Translations under genes and position numbers: made by a program
From: Gammaproteobacteria bacterium
GTDB taxonomy: Bacteria > Pseudomonadota > Gammaproteobacteria > GCA-001735895
Length of the DNA stretch: 58,494 nucleotides
Direction: 5' to 3'
Assembly (NCBI GenBank): GCA_050298595.1
Contig: JBNKUM010000027.1
Span: forward strand, 1-58,494
The notes under the pieces: model-generated
What the model was told of the DNA's origin: nothing
Databases searched by the model: none
What the model saw: the letters and a program-made list of their open reading frames with translations, nothing else
In this document: positions 7,968 through 22,900 of the stretch, piece after piece
Position numbering within the stretch: position 1 is the first letter of the stretch
How the letters are laid out: every line of letters begins with the position of its first letter

Positions 7968-10900
7968 TTGTATAAGGAATTAAAAAGGATTTTTCGCAAC
8001 ACGATTCTGCTTGCGATAATATTTACCGCGTTTGTAGGGAATGTTAGAGCTATTACTGATGTCGATATTCGTACAGAAACCCCGTTAGGTTCCGGTAATA
8101 CTTCTAATTTCATTGCACATATCTCTGATTGTCGTGATCTTGTATCCATTCAGGTAGGTGATAGTAGTCAGCTCACTCCTTTTTCTCCGGCTGAAGCTAA
8201 TCGCAACCTGTCTTCTCCTACTGCTTGTGAAGTTGATTTTCAACTTAATGATAACAGCGCGGCTTCCCCATTGGTACAGCTTGAATTGCTGGATGGCGTA
8301 CAACAAACTCATACAGAACAGTTTTACTTCGAACGGGTTTCCCCAAAAATAAAACTCAGTGGTATAGGTATTAGAGCTGAGGGAAACAGGCAGTTCCTTG
8401 ATGTGACAATCGAGGCTTCTGATGATCTCGACATAAGTTATGTATCCGTTCAGGCGATGGGGATTCGTGCGTCGACTCTAAGATCTGCTGGAGGGGTCAT
8501 CGATGAAGCCAGGTCGAATTCTTTTGCAGATTCAAAAGGCTATATCCGTATCTTTCCCGATAGTGAAGATCAGACCCTATATAATACGTCAATTGAAATT
8601 ACCGCTCCTCTCTCTGCGGAGGTAATTGCCAGTGATGCGTTAGTGTTGCTGGATATGTATGTAGTTGATGCTAGTGGTAACCAGGCATCTCGTTCTGAAA
8701 TAAGATTTACTGGTGATGATGTCAGGGAAGATGTTCAGGGGCTGATCGCTTCCCCACAGAATATTATTTTCTCGAATGCGCTTGAACAGGTGCAGATTAT
8801 ACCCAGTCTTCAGTATCAGTTTAGAGGGCTGGTACCAACACCCGGTGCTGGCCGGGGGATTAGCTACGTTTCTTCTGATCCTGCAAAAGTCCGAGTAACC
8901 GCAGATGGTAGAGTCATTCCACTTGCAGAAACAGGTTCAACGGATGTAATTATTTCAGTAACCTTTAGCGGACAACCTGTTGTTGAAATACCGGTGTCTG
9001 TTGATTACAGTAAAAAACTGGTTGATTTGAAGGTTGATGGCATATCAGATGCAGATAATTTTCAATTGCCGGCATTGAATACTTTCATCCCTTTGCCGCC
9101 TTTATTAGGGGTGTTTGATGATGGTAGTACAGCCCCTTTAACTCCGTTACATAAAATCCAGAAAGTTGTTCCTGCAGGCGCGGAATCTTTACTCATTGTC
9201 GATGATAAACAGGGGCTTAAGGCTACCCTGTCTATTCCAGACAGCACGCCCCTGGCATTGTCGATTTCATTGCTCCAGTACCCTTCAATTGGCACTACAT
9301 TGAATGTGGTTGCGATTGATGCCGCTCCTGAAATTTCTTTTGAAATTGACGGTGTCGCGAAGGTTGGTAATACATTGACCTTAGTGGCAAAAGCCACGGA
9401 TGATGTTGGGGTCGAAAATGTTGCGTTCTGGATGGATGGTATTGTCATTGGCAGACGACTGTCGCCTCCTTATGAATTAACCCTGCCGCTTACAGAAGAG
9501 CTTGAAGGAAGAACATTAAGCTTTAAGGCGGTTACCGTGGATACTGCGGGTCAGGTTACTGAAACAGTCGATCAAGAAATATCTGTATCGGCTAGTTTTG
9601 TACCCCGAGTGCCAGAATTTGATTTTGAGTTACCAATAGACAATCAGCGTGTGATAGAAAAAACACCGTACAGGTTAGCGGTTTCACATCGCCTGGGCGT
9701 CATGCCTCCTGATGTCTATTCAAGTGGGATTTCACTAGTTGAGTTTTTTGCTGATGGTAGAAAAATAGGTGAATCATTTTTCCCGTCTATGGAAGAGCGC
9801 CCAAATGAAACTAATCCAGATGAAAAGGTACTGTTTGAAGTCTGGGCTTTGGAGGCTGAAGCACCAGAAATCTCGACCGCACAGACGTCGCTGGCTATTT
9901 CTGCAAAAATCCATAGTTCAAATGGCGGGCAAAAGGATGCGCCTGCAAAGCTAATTAAAATACTTGAAAACACGGCCCCTTCGGTGGTGATTTTATCACC
10001 GGTGAATGGCAGCATTGCTACGGTGGGTCAGACCGTCAGGGTTTCTGCGCAGATAGCTGATGATACATTAGCAATGGGTACTGAAGTCGAGTTATTGGTT
10101 AATGATGAGGTGGTTTCAAGTCTCAGGTATGAAGATAGTGAAACCCGTTTTAGTAACGCTATTACTCAGCAGACGGTGAGTAGATCATTTGACCTTCCTA
10201 TTGGAAAAGATCTGTTGGGTGAGACTCTGAATTTGAATGTCCGAGCCATCGATTATCATCAAAAAGCAATTACTTCAAGTGTACTCAGGTTACCCGTAAA
10301 AGGTGATCAACCACCCACTGTTGCACTTTCTCATCCGGTAGAAGGTCAACATCTGGTTTCAGGAACGTTATTAGAGATTCGAGCAAATGCAGTGGATGAT
10401 CTGGGCATTACTCGGGTCAATTTTTATGTAAATGACAAACTGGTCGGTTCTGATCAGCGTGCTCCGTATGCAGTTACTTATGAGTTGCCTGACGGAATTA
10501 TCAATGAGCAGCCACTAGGTATATATGCAGAAGCAGAGGATGCTGCAGGTCATATAAGCCGAAGCGTGCTAGTGAATGCAACCCTTGGCAAAGATGAAGA
10601 GCCTCCTGTAATTAACCTGGTGTCACCAGTGGTTAATCAAACGGATGCTGGTGATGATATTGCGGCAGTTGTTGAAAATAGTGATTTGGTAATAAAAGTG
10701 GCTGGCTTTGATAATGTGGGTGTTGTCAAGGTTGATCTGTTTGGTGTGCGAAAGGTTGACGGGAAAGGCTATGAGCTTACCGGCAACGTAGACGGGGATA
10801 ACCCCGATATCCTGAGCGGTGAAGATTTTCCCGTACAACAGATTCCGGGAGTGCTTAATGCTTACTCCTCCCTCAGGCTGGTGTCTACTCCTGCATTTAA

Positions 10901-13900
10901 AGATTCGTCTGGTGTCAGCTATGACCGATATCCAGTTAAAGCGATAGCTTATGACGATATTGGAAATAGCTCTGAGGTATCAGTCATTATCGGTGTCAGC
11001 AAGGATCAGGCACCTGAAATTGTAAAACTGGGTCTCGATAAGCGTGAATATCTTCCACGGGATAGTGTTGATGTTGAGGTGATTGCGAGGGATGATGTTG
11101 GTGTTTCTGCGGTCACGCTAGAGGTCTTTTCTGATGACGGAACCAGGCTTGTTACGATGACTCATGATGCGTCTACTAATCTGGTTCCTGCGCCTGATCT
11201 TGTAGATAGGTTCAGCTTTAGTTTAAGCGAATTAAATTTGCCTAATTCTGCTCAGATACTGACACTTAAAGCTAGTGCGACAGATAATCACGGTCTTATT
11301 TCGACGATATTTGAAAAACCTTTGTCAGTTGTTGCTGACACTACAGGACCGAATGCTGCTATTACATCTCCGACACTTAATACCATTCTGTATGTCGGTA
11401 AAAACTATACCTTTAACTATCGTGTGGTCGATGAATCCCGTATTACCCACATAGGTATAACTGCGAACGGCCAGGCCATTGTTGATAAAAATTTTACCGC
11501 GAATGATTTATCTACTTCGGTCAAAGGAAGTCAAGATTTTGTAGTTACTGCCAATGGCAGTGAATTACTGGTGACCGTCGAAGCGACAGATGAATTTGGT
11601 AAGACTTCCAGCAGTAACTGGCGCTATCAGGTGGAAACTGACCAGCCACCGGTTATCAGTATTCGTACTCCTGCTGCAGGCTCTCGCCTGGTGGAAGGAG
11701 AAGCATTTAGCATCAATGCACTGGTTACGGACGATAGAAAGGTCAGCAGTGTTCATTATATTGTTGTTCATTATGCTGTTGATGATAATGGGGTGTTGCT
11801 GGGTGATGGGGAGTTGCTGGTTGATGAAGCGGCTGATCAGGCTCAGATTCAATTGCTTAATAAAGGTGAGTATGCAGTCGAAAGAATGCGTGTTCCACAT
11901 CGTCCTGAGTCGGGTGTAACCCGAGTGGGTGTTAGAGCAACCGATGATGGAGGAAATACGGTTACTGAATGGCTCGATTTGACGATTCTGGATGATACTG
12001 AAGCTCCTGTGATATCTCTGCAAAAGCCGGATAAAGCTTTCTCAATACAGCCAGGTCAGCAATTTGAATTAAAAGGTACTTCTAATGATAATTTTTATTT
12101 AAATGATCCGGTTGTTGTTATGCTCGATGAAGCAGGGCAGGAGCATACCCTTAACTGGAAGAGATATGGAAGAAGCGAGCGCTTGCAGGAAGTTAGAGTT
12201 GCTAATCCGGGTACTCTTGGGTCTATCATCGTTGGAACTCGTTATCATGTCGACTTTGAAGGTTCAGTGGCTATTCCTGAGGAGTTTTTAATCTATCAGG
12301 GCCAGGTCATGCAGATGTTTCTGCGCACAGAAGACAATGGTATCAACACAGCTGAAACATTAAAAATTCCGGTCACTATTGAGTCTGACACTCAGGCCCC
12401 AGAAATCACTATCGAAAGTCCAGAGTCTATTTTGTATGAGCAACTTGATGCAAAGTTATCATTCAGTATTACCGATGATATAGAAATAGATTCTTATCAG
12501 GCATTTGTTAAGTTTGATAATAGTGATAAGCAACTGGTGAGTTCTGCAATGGCTGTCGGCCTTAAACGGGTCACAGTAGGAAATATTGTTTTCACTCCCC
12601 CACAACCGTTGGCTGATGGCACAGCTACAAGCTTTCATATTATTATCGAAGCGGTAGATACTAGTGGAAATCGGGAGCTCCATAGCGAACTGTTTGAAGT
12701 CAGGGAAGATACGCCACCGCAAGTATCGGTTGAAACCTTAATACCCGAAAAAGGACTGGTGACAGCTGAAACTTTATTTACTACTTTTAAAGTTGAAGAT
12801 GACTTTATTCAGAGTGGTTCTGGTTATAATCAGTTTATGCCTGTGTTCACTTCCTTGAGTGGTATGTCCGATAATGTTACTCGGCAGATAAAGGCAGCAG
12901 CTATCGCATTAACTCCTGATAACCTGGCTGTAATACCTGCTCTATCCGTCACTTATCCTGAGGGTAAGGGCTGGAATGGTTCCCTGCGTTTAGGTACCGT
13001 TCCGAACGAAGATACCTATATGCAGTTTAATGATGGCAAATTAGTAGTTTACCCGCAACCTAAAATGACAGGTGGGCTGATAAGTTTTGATGGTGACAGC
13101 TTCATGGCCAGTTACAGCATTGTTGCCTTTCAACGTGATATTTGTTCTGCTCAGGTGCAGCAGGTGAGTATGGCAACAGATATGGTACTGGATTTGTCAG
13201 CTTACTCGCCTGATGAATATTCATCTATCATTGTTACTCCGCACTTTCTAGCCGGCGGGCCTTCATTTATTAAACAAATTCGTGTTGATTATGAGCGGGT
13301 CGACAGACTTAATACTTTTGATATTGCTGGCCGTAAACACGAGGTCGCAGATTTTTCTCCACGGGTAAGTCTGATGATTCAGGATGACGGACCTGAAACT
13401 GAGCAGGCTTTCATAGAAAGTCGTAAAAACATTGCTCTTAATAATATTTCACAACAGATATCCACGGCTTTGCCAGTACCTCCATCTGCCGCTATAAAGC
13501 ATATAAATTTACTGGCAGTAGTGACTGACAGGCTGAGTTTACAACGAGGCATTCAGGAATCCCCTGTTCTGGCGAAGACCCTGGTGAATCTGGATACCGA
13601 GTCCCCAGTAATCCACGTTGATTCTCCCGCTCAGGGGACAGTATTGCTCCCTGATCAGCGTATTCCTTTGCAGATTAGCCTGGGTGATAATAGCGGTGTT
13701 GTTAAAAGCATAAAACTCTATCAGAACCGTTCAGAATTGTTGCGAGAATTTGGCGGTGTATATCTCGATACTGATTTAACTATTCCCTTCGATGTGCCCC
13801 ATGATTTCAGCTCTGGAGAACTAGAGTTGACAGCGATTGTTGAAGACGAAAGTGGTTATATTAATGAAAGCAGCGTGCGTTATCCGCTAGATACAAATGA

Positions 13901-16900
13901 ACCACCGTTGTTAGAGTTTTCAGCATTTCACAGTTATTTAGTAGATGGAAAATATCAAAAAAATCTGACTGAACCATCACGTGTCAATTATGGTGAATTT
14001 TGGGTAAGACAGGGAGAGCTATTTCAGGTAGACGCAAAGCTAAGTGATGATGCCGGGTTGCAAAGTTTTACAATTTATCGGTTGGATAGAACTGGCAGCA
14101 GGGTAGAGGAAGTTATAGAGCCTCAAGAATATGCGGTAGGTTGCCCTGATCAGCCTTTATTGAGGCAGCAGGAAAATTCAAATATCACCTTCAATCAAGT
14201 TGTAGCAACCGAATACCAGATGGTTTTAGTAGATACCTATGGACATGAGGTAACGCGTAATTTTCTGGTTCACCCTTTAACCAATGTTGTTCCTGAGATA
14301 AGGATAACAGGCCCTGCTGATAACCAGGAGATAGCAGCAGGCACCTACAGAATAAAAGTGGGTATCGTAGCGACCGACGACCGATGGTTAACAAAAAGAG
14401 ATTTGCATGGTGGCAGCAATGCGGATAACGAACCTGTGCGAATTTATGCAAATGGGGTTGCTCTTAAAGTTCTGGACAAGACAGTACATGGTGATGTTGT
14501 CTCTGGTGGGCAGTCGGCTATCGATCAGGCTTATAGAGAGATATATGCTTCAATGAAGGAGAATTATTCTCCTGAGGTAGCAGATGATTTTGCTCATAGT
14601 GGTAACCCTTACAGTATAGAAACGGGCTATGTGCTAGAGATTCCTGCAGGACTGGTCAGGTTTAATGAGCCATTAAAACTGACGGCTTATGTTTATGATA
14701 GTGAAAATGCTGTCGGTAGTGATGAAATAACGCTTAATGTCGTTGCTGATAATATAATACCTGAGCCGGTTGTGCTGAAACCTGAGCCCGGATTTGGTCC
14801 ACCTGAATTTTCAGATTTCACGTTGGATGTTCGGGCCTACGATAATGTGAAAGTTGAAAGAATTTCTCTGCATAGAGCTTATGGTCTGTTAAAAACTGAT
14901 GGCAGTTATGTACAGGGAAATTATGAGTTAATACGCGATATCAATGGAATCCCGTCACAGGATTATGAGCCTGTGACAACGGTAAATATTGATTCGCCAG
15001 TGTATTCACAAAAACTCCATGTAGATCGCTTATATGAAATTCTTGGCGGATTTGCAGGTGTAACATTGGCAGAAGTTGAGCGTTTTGATGTCTGGGTAAA
15101 GGTTACAGCCTATGACGTAGCAAATCAGCAGTCAAGAGAGGTAAGTTACCCTGTTCGAGTCGATGAAAAGCCAACTATAGATATTGTTGAACCGATTGAG
15201 GCGTCAAACGCGGTAGAAAATACTGATCTTTATGTTAATGTGAATGCATTCGATGATGTAGGCATCTCATATATTAAATTAGTGGCTACATATGCCAATG
15301 GTCAGCCAAATTATGAAATGCGACTGCGCCAGCCACCCTATAATTTTTCTGTTCCAACACCGGCTTTTGATGCCAATGTTCCCGCTAATAATCGTATCGA
15401 TATAGCTGTGGAGGCTATCGATACCTACGGCGATGCTTTCGGTGACCTTGATAATCATACGGCACTAGAGAACGTATCAGTTCGCATTGTAGCTGATCAA
15501 CCACCAGTAGTTGCCATAGGTCTGCCACTCGATGATTCAACCATTATAGAAGGGCAGTATTTGCTTGTACAAATCAATGCGATTGATGACGTGGCCGTCG
15601 ATAGAGTGACACTAAATGTTGATGGTTTGAAAGAGGGTGATCGGAGTTTTACTGATTTAACTTTTCCATATGAATTTTTACTGGAAGTGCCTTATGGTCA
15701 GGCTGGTAAAGATCTCAGTCTAACTGCTAGTGTGACTGAAGATAAACAGCAAAATGCCCGTACTATTTCTACTCTTCAGCCTACAGTAATCCATGTGCAG
15801 AGAGATGATGTTTCTCCAGTGGTCAATATAATACAACCAATAACTGATAGTGCGACAGTTATAGAAAGACACTCTTTACCTTACAACCTTGATGTGACTG
15901 ACAACGTAAAAATCGGTTCGGTTCGTGTATCCCTATATGCTGATGCAGATTTAAATGGCGTGTTTGATGATGCTGAAGTGGTTGAAGAAACTATACTCAT
16001 CTCTGCACCCTATAACGGAAGTATAGCGCTACGATCTATAGATGATTATGTCCAGGACAAGGGAAATGTTCCTGATCAGTTGGACATGTTATTCAAGGTA
16101 TTGGCTCGTGATGGAATTGGTAATGAAACAGTAAAATCAATACCTGTCACCATGTTGCGAAATACGCCACCAGAAGTCACTGGAATTCGTGCACTTGATA
16201 ACCGTGGTTTTAGTATGGGTGCAATAGATGAAATAGCAGAAGGTCATGCTCTAGTATTTAATGTATTGGCACAAGATGCAGAAGCGGGTGTCGATAGTGC
16301 TGCACTCTATATCGCTATAGGCTCAGATGAAACTAACCTTAACTTTACATTGTTAGGTGAGGATAGTGCCGCACCGTTTAATTTCCACTACACGGTGCCG
16401 ACAGGAAAAATAGGGGAGAGTATTTATCTTAAGGCACGTGCAAAGGATGTCGATGGATATGAGTCTGAATTGTCTCCCACTTTATTAAAGCTTCTTATAG
16501 TTGAAGATAAACCACCTACCGCTAATATAGTTAAACCAGACAATAATAATTCTGTAAGTATTGATGGACAGAATATTGAAGTTTTTGTTGAGGCTTTTGA
16601 CGACCTGGGGCCAGATGGAATCGATAGAGTTGTATTTTATGTTAATGGGCAGCCTCAAATTAGTGTTTATGAAAACTATTCAGCAGCCACAGGTTCTTTT
16701 GCTCAGCAACATGTTTACCATGCGGAGATACCAGCACCAAAAGGAGTTGATGGATTTACACTCCAGGCCATAGCCTATGATGTTTTAGGACAGTCCGGTG
16801 AGTCACAACTGATCACAGTCGGCCGTATTCGGGATACGGTTATCCCTAAAATAAGTGTTTTAGAACCTTTTAATCACGAAATTCTGACTGCCGCTGAACC

Positions 16901-19900
16901 CATCAGGATGGTTGTCGCTATCGAAGATATCGGAGTTATTGATGCTGTGACTTCAACCCTGATGCGAGAATATCAGAGTGTAGCAGGGCAGTGGATCGTT
17001 ACCGATCAGGTTGAATTACCCCTTTTCAGAGATGATTTACGTGTTAATGGAGATGACACGCCCGTGAGTGATCCCGACAATCATTATTTTATTTACTGGA
17101 GTGATTTTACTGCTGACTCTATTTTGAGACGTACAGCCGAACGAAATGAGCGTGTTCGGGTAATCACGAAAATTAGAACCCCAAATCATACCGTCACTAG
17201 TGAAACGTTTTATGAGGTTGGTCTAAGGCTAAGTGAACGCAGATTTATTGCTCCTTCTGAGGGGAGCTCTGCTGCAACTGATGTCTACTACACTGCGGTT
17301 GACCAGTTTCAAAGTGATGTACGTACTGGCCCGATGGTTACGGCCTGGTCGACCAAAGATCCTATGCTAGTGGAACAAAATCTGGGACAAGTTCCAACTG
17401 ATTCATCAGTTGAGTACACGGGTATTTATATACTCGATTCTATGGATGTCAATACTGGAAATGAGCAGGGAGAATATTATATTTATTCAGACCTTATGAA
17501 TGGTTCCAGTGAAATTTTTGCTGGCACTATTGGTGAAATTAAAGCGGATGCGAATGCTGTATTTGCTTCCAAATCTGGGACTCAATTATTAGTTAAAGAG
17601 TGTGCTGGAGGCTCATCTAACAACAAAGGATGCTCATTCTATAATGAGTTAAAGACTGAAATTCAAAGTGACTGGTTAGGTGGCAGCACCGGTAACGAAG
17701 GAACAGGTAAACTTTACCTGGATAATAAAGATGCTGAATTACTCATCTTTACCCCACAAAATGGGGATGCTCAGTTTGGCCTGCCCTATCTGTTGGCAGG
17801 GCGAGTGGATATGCCTTTCCGTGATGTATATGGACTTGATCGTAAAGATGATCTGGTATTCGTTGCTAATGGAAATGGTGGTGTACAGATTATAGATATC
17901 AGTAATTTTCAGGCTCCTTACCATATCGGGTTTATTAAGCCGAATGGTTTCTCACGAGATGTACAGATAAAGGGAGATTTTGCCTATATTGCGGCTTCTC
18001 ATGAAGGCTTGGTGGTTGCCGATATCAGTGACCCGAGCCTACCACTGGTTGCCAGGATAGATACACTGGGCGTTGCGAACCGCTTACAGATTGTTGGAGA
18101 CAGAGTATTTGTCACGGATATGGCGGGAGATGGTGGAGTCTCTCAACTGAATGTCATCGATATCAGTGACCCTTATCACCCTCAGATGGAAAAGGTTATA
18201 GAGTTGCATCCAGCTCGGGAAGATCTGGTATCTGATGGTGTGTATGATGTTGCAGTGTTGGGTAATAAAGCTTATGTCAGTGTGCTTTATTCTGATCAGG
18301 AAGATAAACCCGCACAGTCACTGATAGAAATTATAGATTTATCTCGAGCGAATGAAGATGCTTATGATGCTACTGTTCCTGCTGTCATTCACCGCGAAGC
18401 AAATCAAACAGACTTTGCGGCGCGTGGATTAACCTTTGCGCGTGGTGGTGTTCAAATAGCTGCTGGACATCAGGGAATAGCAAAACTGGATCTATCCCAG
18501 TTGACCGTCCTGTATCATCAGCCTGCCCTGGATCAGAGGGATGTTGTTACCAATCTAGATAAAATTTCAATTGAATTGTCAGCGGCCGTGGTTGCAACAA
18601 CTCAACTGAAGGATTATATCCAGGTGATACAGGGAGATCCTTTAATCGGCGTAGATGTAAGCAGTCAGTTTACTGCTCAATTTGCTTTAAGAGATGGAGT
18701 TCAGAAACTAAGTGTCATAGAGTTAATTCCAGAAGCTAGCTATGAACTGGATTCGAACAGTCAATATACGGTCATTGTCAAAGCTGGATTAACGCCTATA
18801 ACAGGTTTTGCTCTGGCATCAGATTATGCCTTTAAATTCACAACTTCTGCAGCGGGATCAGCATTAGCGCCCGATATCGTGTCCATCTGTGCACTTAATA
18901 GCATCCAGGCTGATGGAAGCTGTACCTCTGCAGGTGGGATTGAAGGTGGCACAACACTGATTATTAGAGGTACAAATTTTAGTAATCAACCCAGATTGAA
19001 AGTGGGTGGGCAGGAAATCCTGGTCGAATCGGTTGAAGCGGCAGGTAGCGTAGATGCATATGACAGGATCACGGCAACCACGATTCCAAACTATGCCGGG
19101 CCGGCTGCTGTTACGGTTATCAATGATGCAGGACTAAAAGATACAGTACTTGGCGGTTTTACCTATGTCGATTTGCTGCAAATTTCATTTATTACTCCAG
19201 CGGTAGTCAGTACTAATCAAAATGGGCTGAGTGAAACGGTTGAAATTATCGGGCTAGGTTTTCATGAAGGCGTGACGTTGAAGGCCTATAAGAGCAATCA
19301 TCCTGAATCAGCGATTTCTTATGCTGTGCAGGATTCCACCCTTACGCTGTACAGTGCAGAACGTATGGATTGGGTTGTACCGGACTTTGATGGTGAAGGT
19401 TCACAGAGTTATCGAGGTTTTATAGATGTTGAAATTAGCGATGATCTGGGAAGACGGTATGTGCTAAAGAATGCTCTGTTCTATGGGCGTCTGAGTCTTA
19501 ATCGAGTTATCGAAACAGAAAAGTCTTTTAGTAAGAGTTTTCTGGATAAAGAATTAAGCAGGCTTGCGGCAAATAATTCTGCTATTAGCGTTGGAAGCTA
19601 TGTTCCAGATTCGTTGAAATTACCACCTGGTGAAATTGTGTCTCTTGCTGCTGATGATGAACAGAAACTCATCTATGTGCTTGGGCGAGGTCTGCTAGGA
19701 GAGAAAGTCGCAACTTCTGATTTTGTCACTGATAACGCTTATATTCAGCACTATTACGCTCCAGGCTGGATAAGCCTGATACGTTATCAGCGTGATGACC
19801 TGAGCAATGCAGCACCCCGACATGGGCTGGGATATTTCAATTTGCCGCAGGATCTAGTGGCTATGGATCTGGCATTGGCGGAAAATAATGTTTATGTCAC

Positions 19901-22900
19901 TGCGAAAGGCTATAAGTTTCCTCACGTCAATACGCCACACAATAACCAGTCAGTATTGCTGGTTTATGATCGGCATGAAAATATAATCACCGATGGTGTG
20001 GAGCAACTGGAAGGTCAGAAACGAGATGTTCTTTACACACTTCCTTTACCGCTATCTGGCGCACCCGAACATATTGTTATTAAAGATAAGTTAGCCTTTG
20101 TTTCGACTTTTGAAGATGGCGTTGCGGTTATAAGTCTCGCTGACCCGCTTCGTCCGGCCGTCATAAGAAGGTTGTCACAGGTTTCTTTACGGGGTGTTAA
20201 CCGAACCCTTAACGCTAGTAATATAAATGTTATCGATAACCAGTTACACGTTATTGCGCAAGTCAGTTCTGGACGTAATAGGTCAACAATCGATGCTGTG
20301 TTTGATATTAGCCGCCCATCTATGCCTCAGATAGGAGTGTATGATTTTGCCGATTCTGAAAGTCAGCTTGAACCTTTTAGTCAACAAAAAAGATATGCGA
20401 ATGGCAACGCGCTGAATGTTATAGATTCACGCAACCCTTCCTATCAGCGCCTGCTGGGCCGGTACAATGGTTTCGGCTTTAATGTACCAGGTATCAGTAA
20501 AGGTGTTGGTACGCATACTACTTCAGCTATCAATATAACTCGTGAGAAAGTTAATGATCGAATCTGTAAAACTAGAGAGGATGCTTATTTTGGCATCTAT
20601 GATGCTAGTCGACTTGATGAAGAAATTATTTTACTGGATGCCCTAAGGGTGAAGCATGATTGCCTGCTACCTCAATCCAGCTCTTCGCAGTACGCAGGTG
20701 ATCTATGGGATCGAGACCCAACCCTATATACGGATGATGGCCTTGCAGTTTTTGCACAGAATGTGGGTGTTGAAGGTAAGCTCGCGTATTCCCGATTGCA
20801 CTTCGTGGATACACTAATTCAGGAGCTGGTTAGCAGTGAGCCATCGCATGCGCAGGAAAATGTGCATTTAGATGGTGCTATACAGCTCAAATTTACCTTA
20901 CCATTAACTCAAACGGTCTCCGAGCTTGGCGGGTTTGTAAGACTGGTCGAAGAAGATGGTTCAGCTTCGGGTGTAGATGTAGGGGCTACATTACTGGTAG
21001 ATGTATCTGATACGCGCATATTACATATTCAACCACTACAAAATCTCAAACAAAATACTGATTACAGTATCAGGTTGACAGGTGACCTGGGCAGTCGTCG
21101 TACCCTGGGTTTACTGGACCACAGTATTCCTTTTAGTACGGGTACAGCGACGGGTCCTGCAGTTAAGATTTTATCTGTTTCACCATCCGTCATTGATACG
21201 ACGGGAGGCTTACTGGATGTAGTTCTACAATATGCTGATGGAGTGCCCAGTTTTATTGTGGCGGGTGAAAATGCACCTGTTCAATCTCACGAAATCCTGC
21301 TGGATAACCAGATTCGTTATCAAATTTTATCCCCTGCTAACCTGGCTGGCCCCGCTGACCTGCTTGTCATTAATGGTAATGGCAGTGTGGATCGAATGAT
21401 AGGTGCCGTGCAATATGTAGAGCCACTGGTAGTAAGTAATTTATCTCCAGCCCAGGGATCTCTAAATGGTGGGACTCCGGTCATCATTAAAGGGCAGGGC
21501 TTTCGCCCTGGACTCGGCTCCGTACAGGTTAGTTTCGGTGGGTTTTACGTAAGCGCCGAGAATGTGACGGTTATAGATACTGAGACAATTCGTGTCATCA
21601 CCCCAGCTGGACGCATAGGCAGTGTTGATGTAGTCGTAGGCTTGAATAATGGCCAGCAAGTGACCTTACCGACTGCTTACAGTTATATGCAACCGGTACA
21701 ATCCAACATTAAAGGTAAAGGGCGAATCTATGATGCAGAAATGGATCCCAGTGGTACTTATCTACTTGCTGCAGCAGGTAGTGAAGGCGTGGTCATTTAT
21801 AATATCAGTGCTTCAACTAATACCAGTGATGAAAATAATCCGCTAAATTTAGATGACCTGCGTAATTTGATTGATCGTAACGATGATGGGAAAGACGACA
21901 GGATTTTAACATCAGTAAAGCTTCCTGATAACTATCATGCCATTTCATTGAATGGCTACTTTAAGGATGGTACGGATAGAGTCTTTGTGACTGCAGCCCA
22001 TCTGTCTAATAACGTTTATACTGATGCAAGATTGTTCGTGATTTCATTTGATTCAATGGATATTACGCAATCCATAGTGGTCGGCGAGCTTGATCTGCAG
22101 ACAGATATAGCCAGGGGATTAACTGTTAATGATAATAAAACAGTAATTGCTCTGGGCACTGCAGGACTTGGTGTAGTCGACAGTTACCTGCAAAGTAAGC
22201 TTTATCTTAATGGTCAATATGCTTTACCTGATAATAAGGCAGCACTAGATGTTACTCAGTTACCGCTAAAGGCTGGTGAGGTCACCAAATATGCGGTTGT
22301 GGCCGGTGAGTTTGACCAGGTCAACAATGTATTGCTAGAAACCGAGCGGGTCGGCGGTGGTGGCTTTTACCTGGTCGAACAGAATACTGAAAATGGTTTT
22401 AAATTGTTATCAATGCTGGATATACCAGCTAGTAAGGTATTGATTAAAGACCATTATGCCTATTTGTCAGCAGGTGACAGTGGTTTGGTTATCGTTGATA
22501 TTTCTGACCTGTTAGCACCTAAAGTGGTTGCTCGCGTTTCCGAATTCGAACATGTCTATGATATTTCTATAAATGGTAATGTGCTTTATCTAGCACTAGG
22601 AAATGCTGGTATTGTCACTGTCGACATCACCAACCCGAGAGCTCCTGTGGTTAGCAAGGGCATGGAAGCATATTCGGGAAATTTCATCGATATTGTTTTG
22701 GCCGATACTTATTCCGCTCTGGGTATAGGCGTCCCAGTGGGTTCTTCCACCAGTGTGGTACAGGTCATTCCAGATGTGGTACTGAAAATTCATCTGGTAG
22801 AGCCAGGCAATGGTATTTTAGATCAAACCAGTGATGGACAGATTCAGCTTGTCGCTCGATTCAATAAAGCCATTGACCAGTGGCCGGATAATTTAGCTCA

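Noticed and set aside
7300-8149. Minus-strand ORFs 7300-7500 and 7757-8149
   Set aside because: Short, with no recognisable similarity; the second overlaps the giant gene's signal-peptide region.
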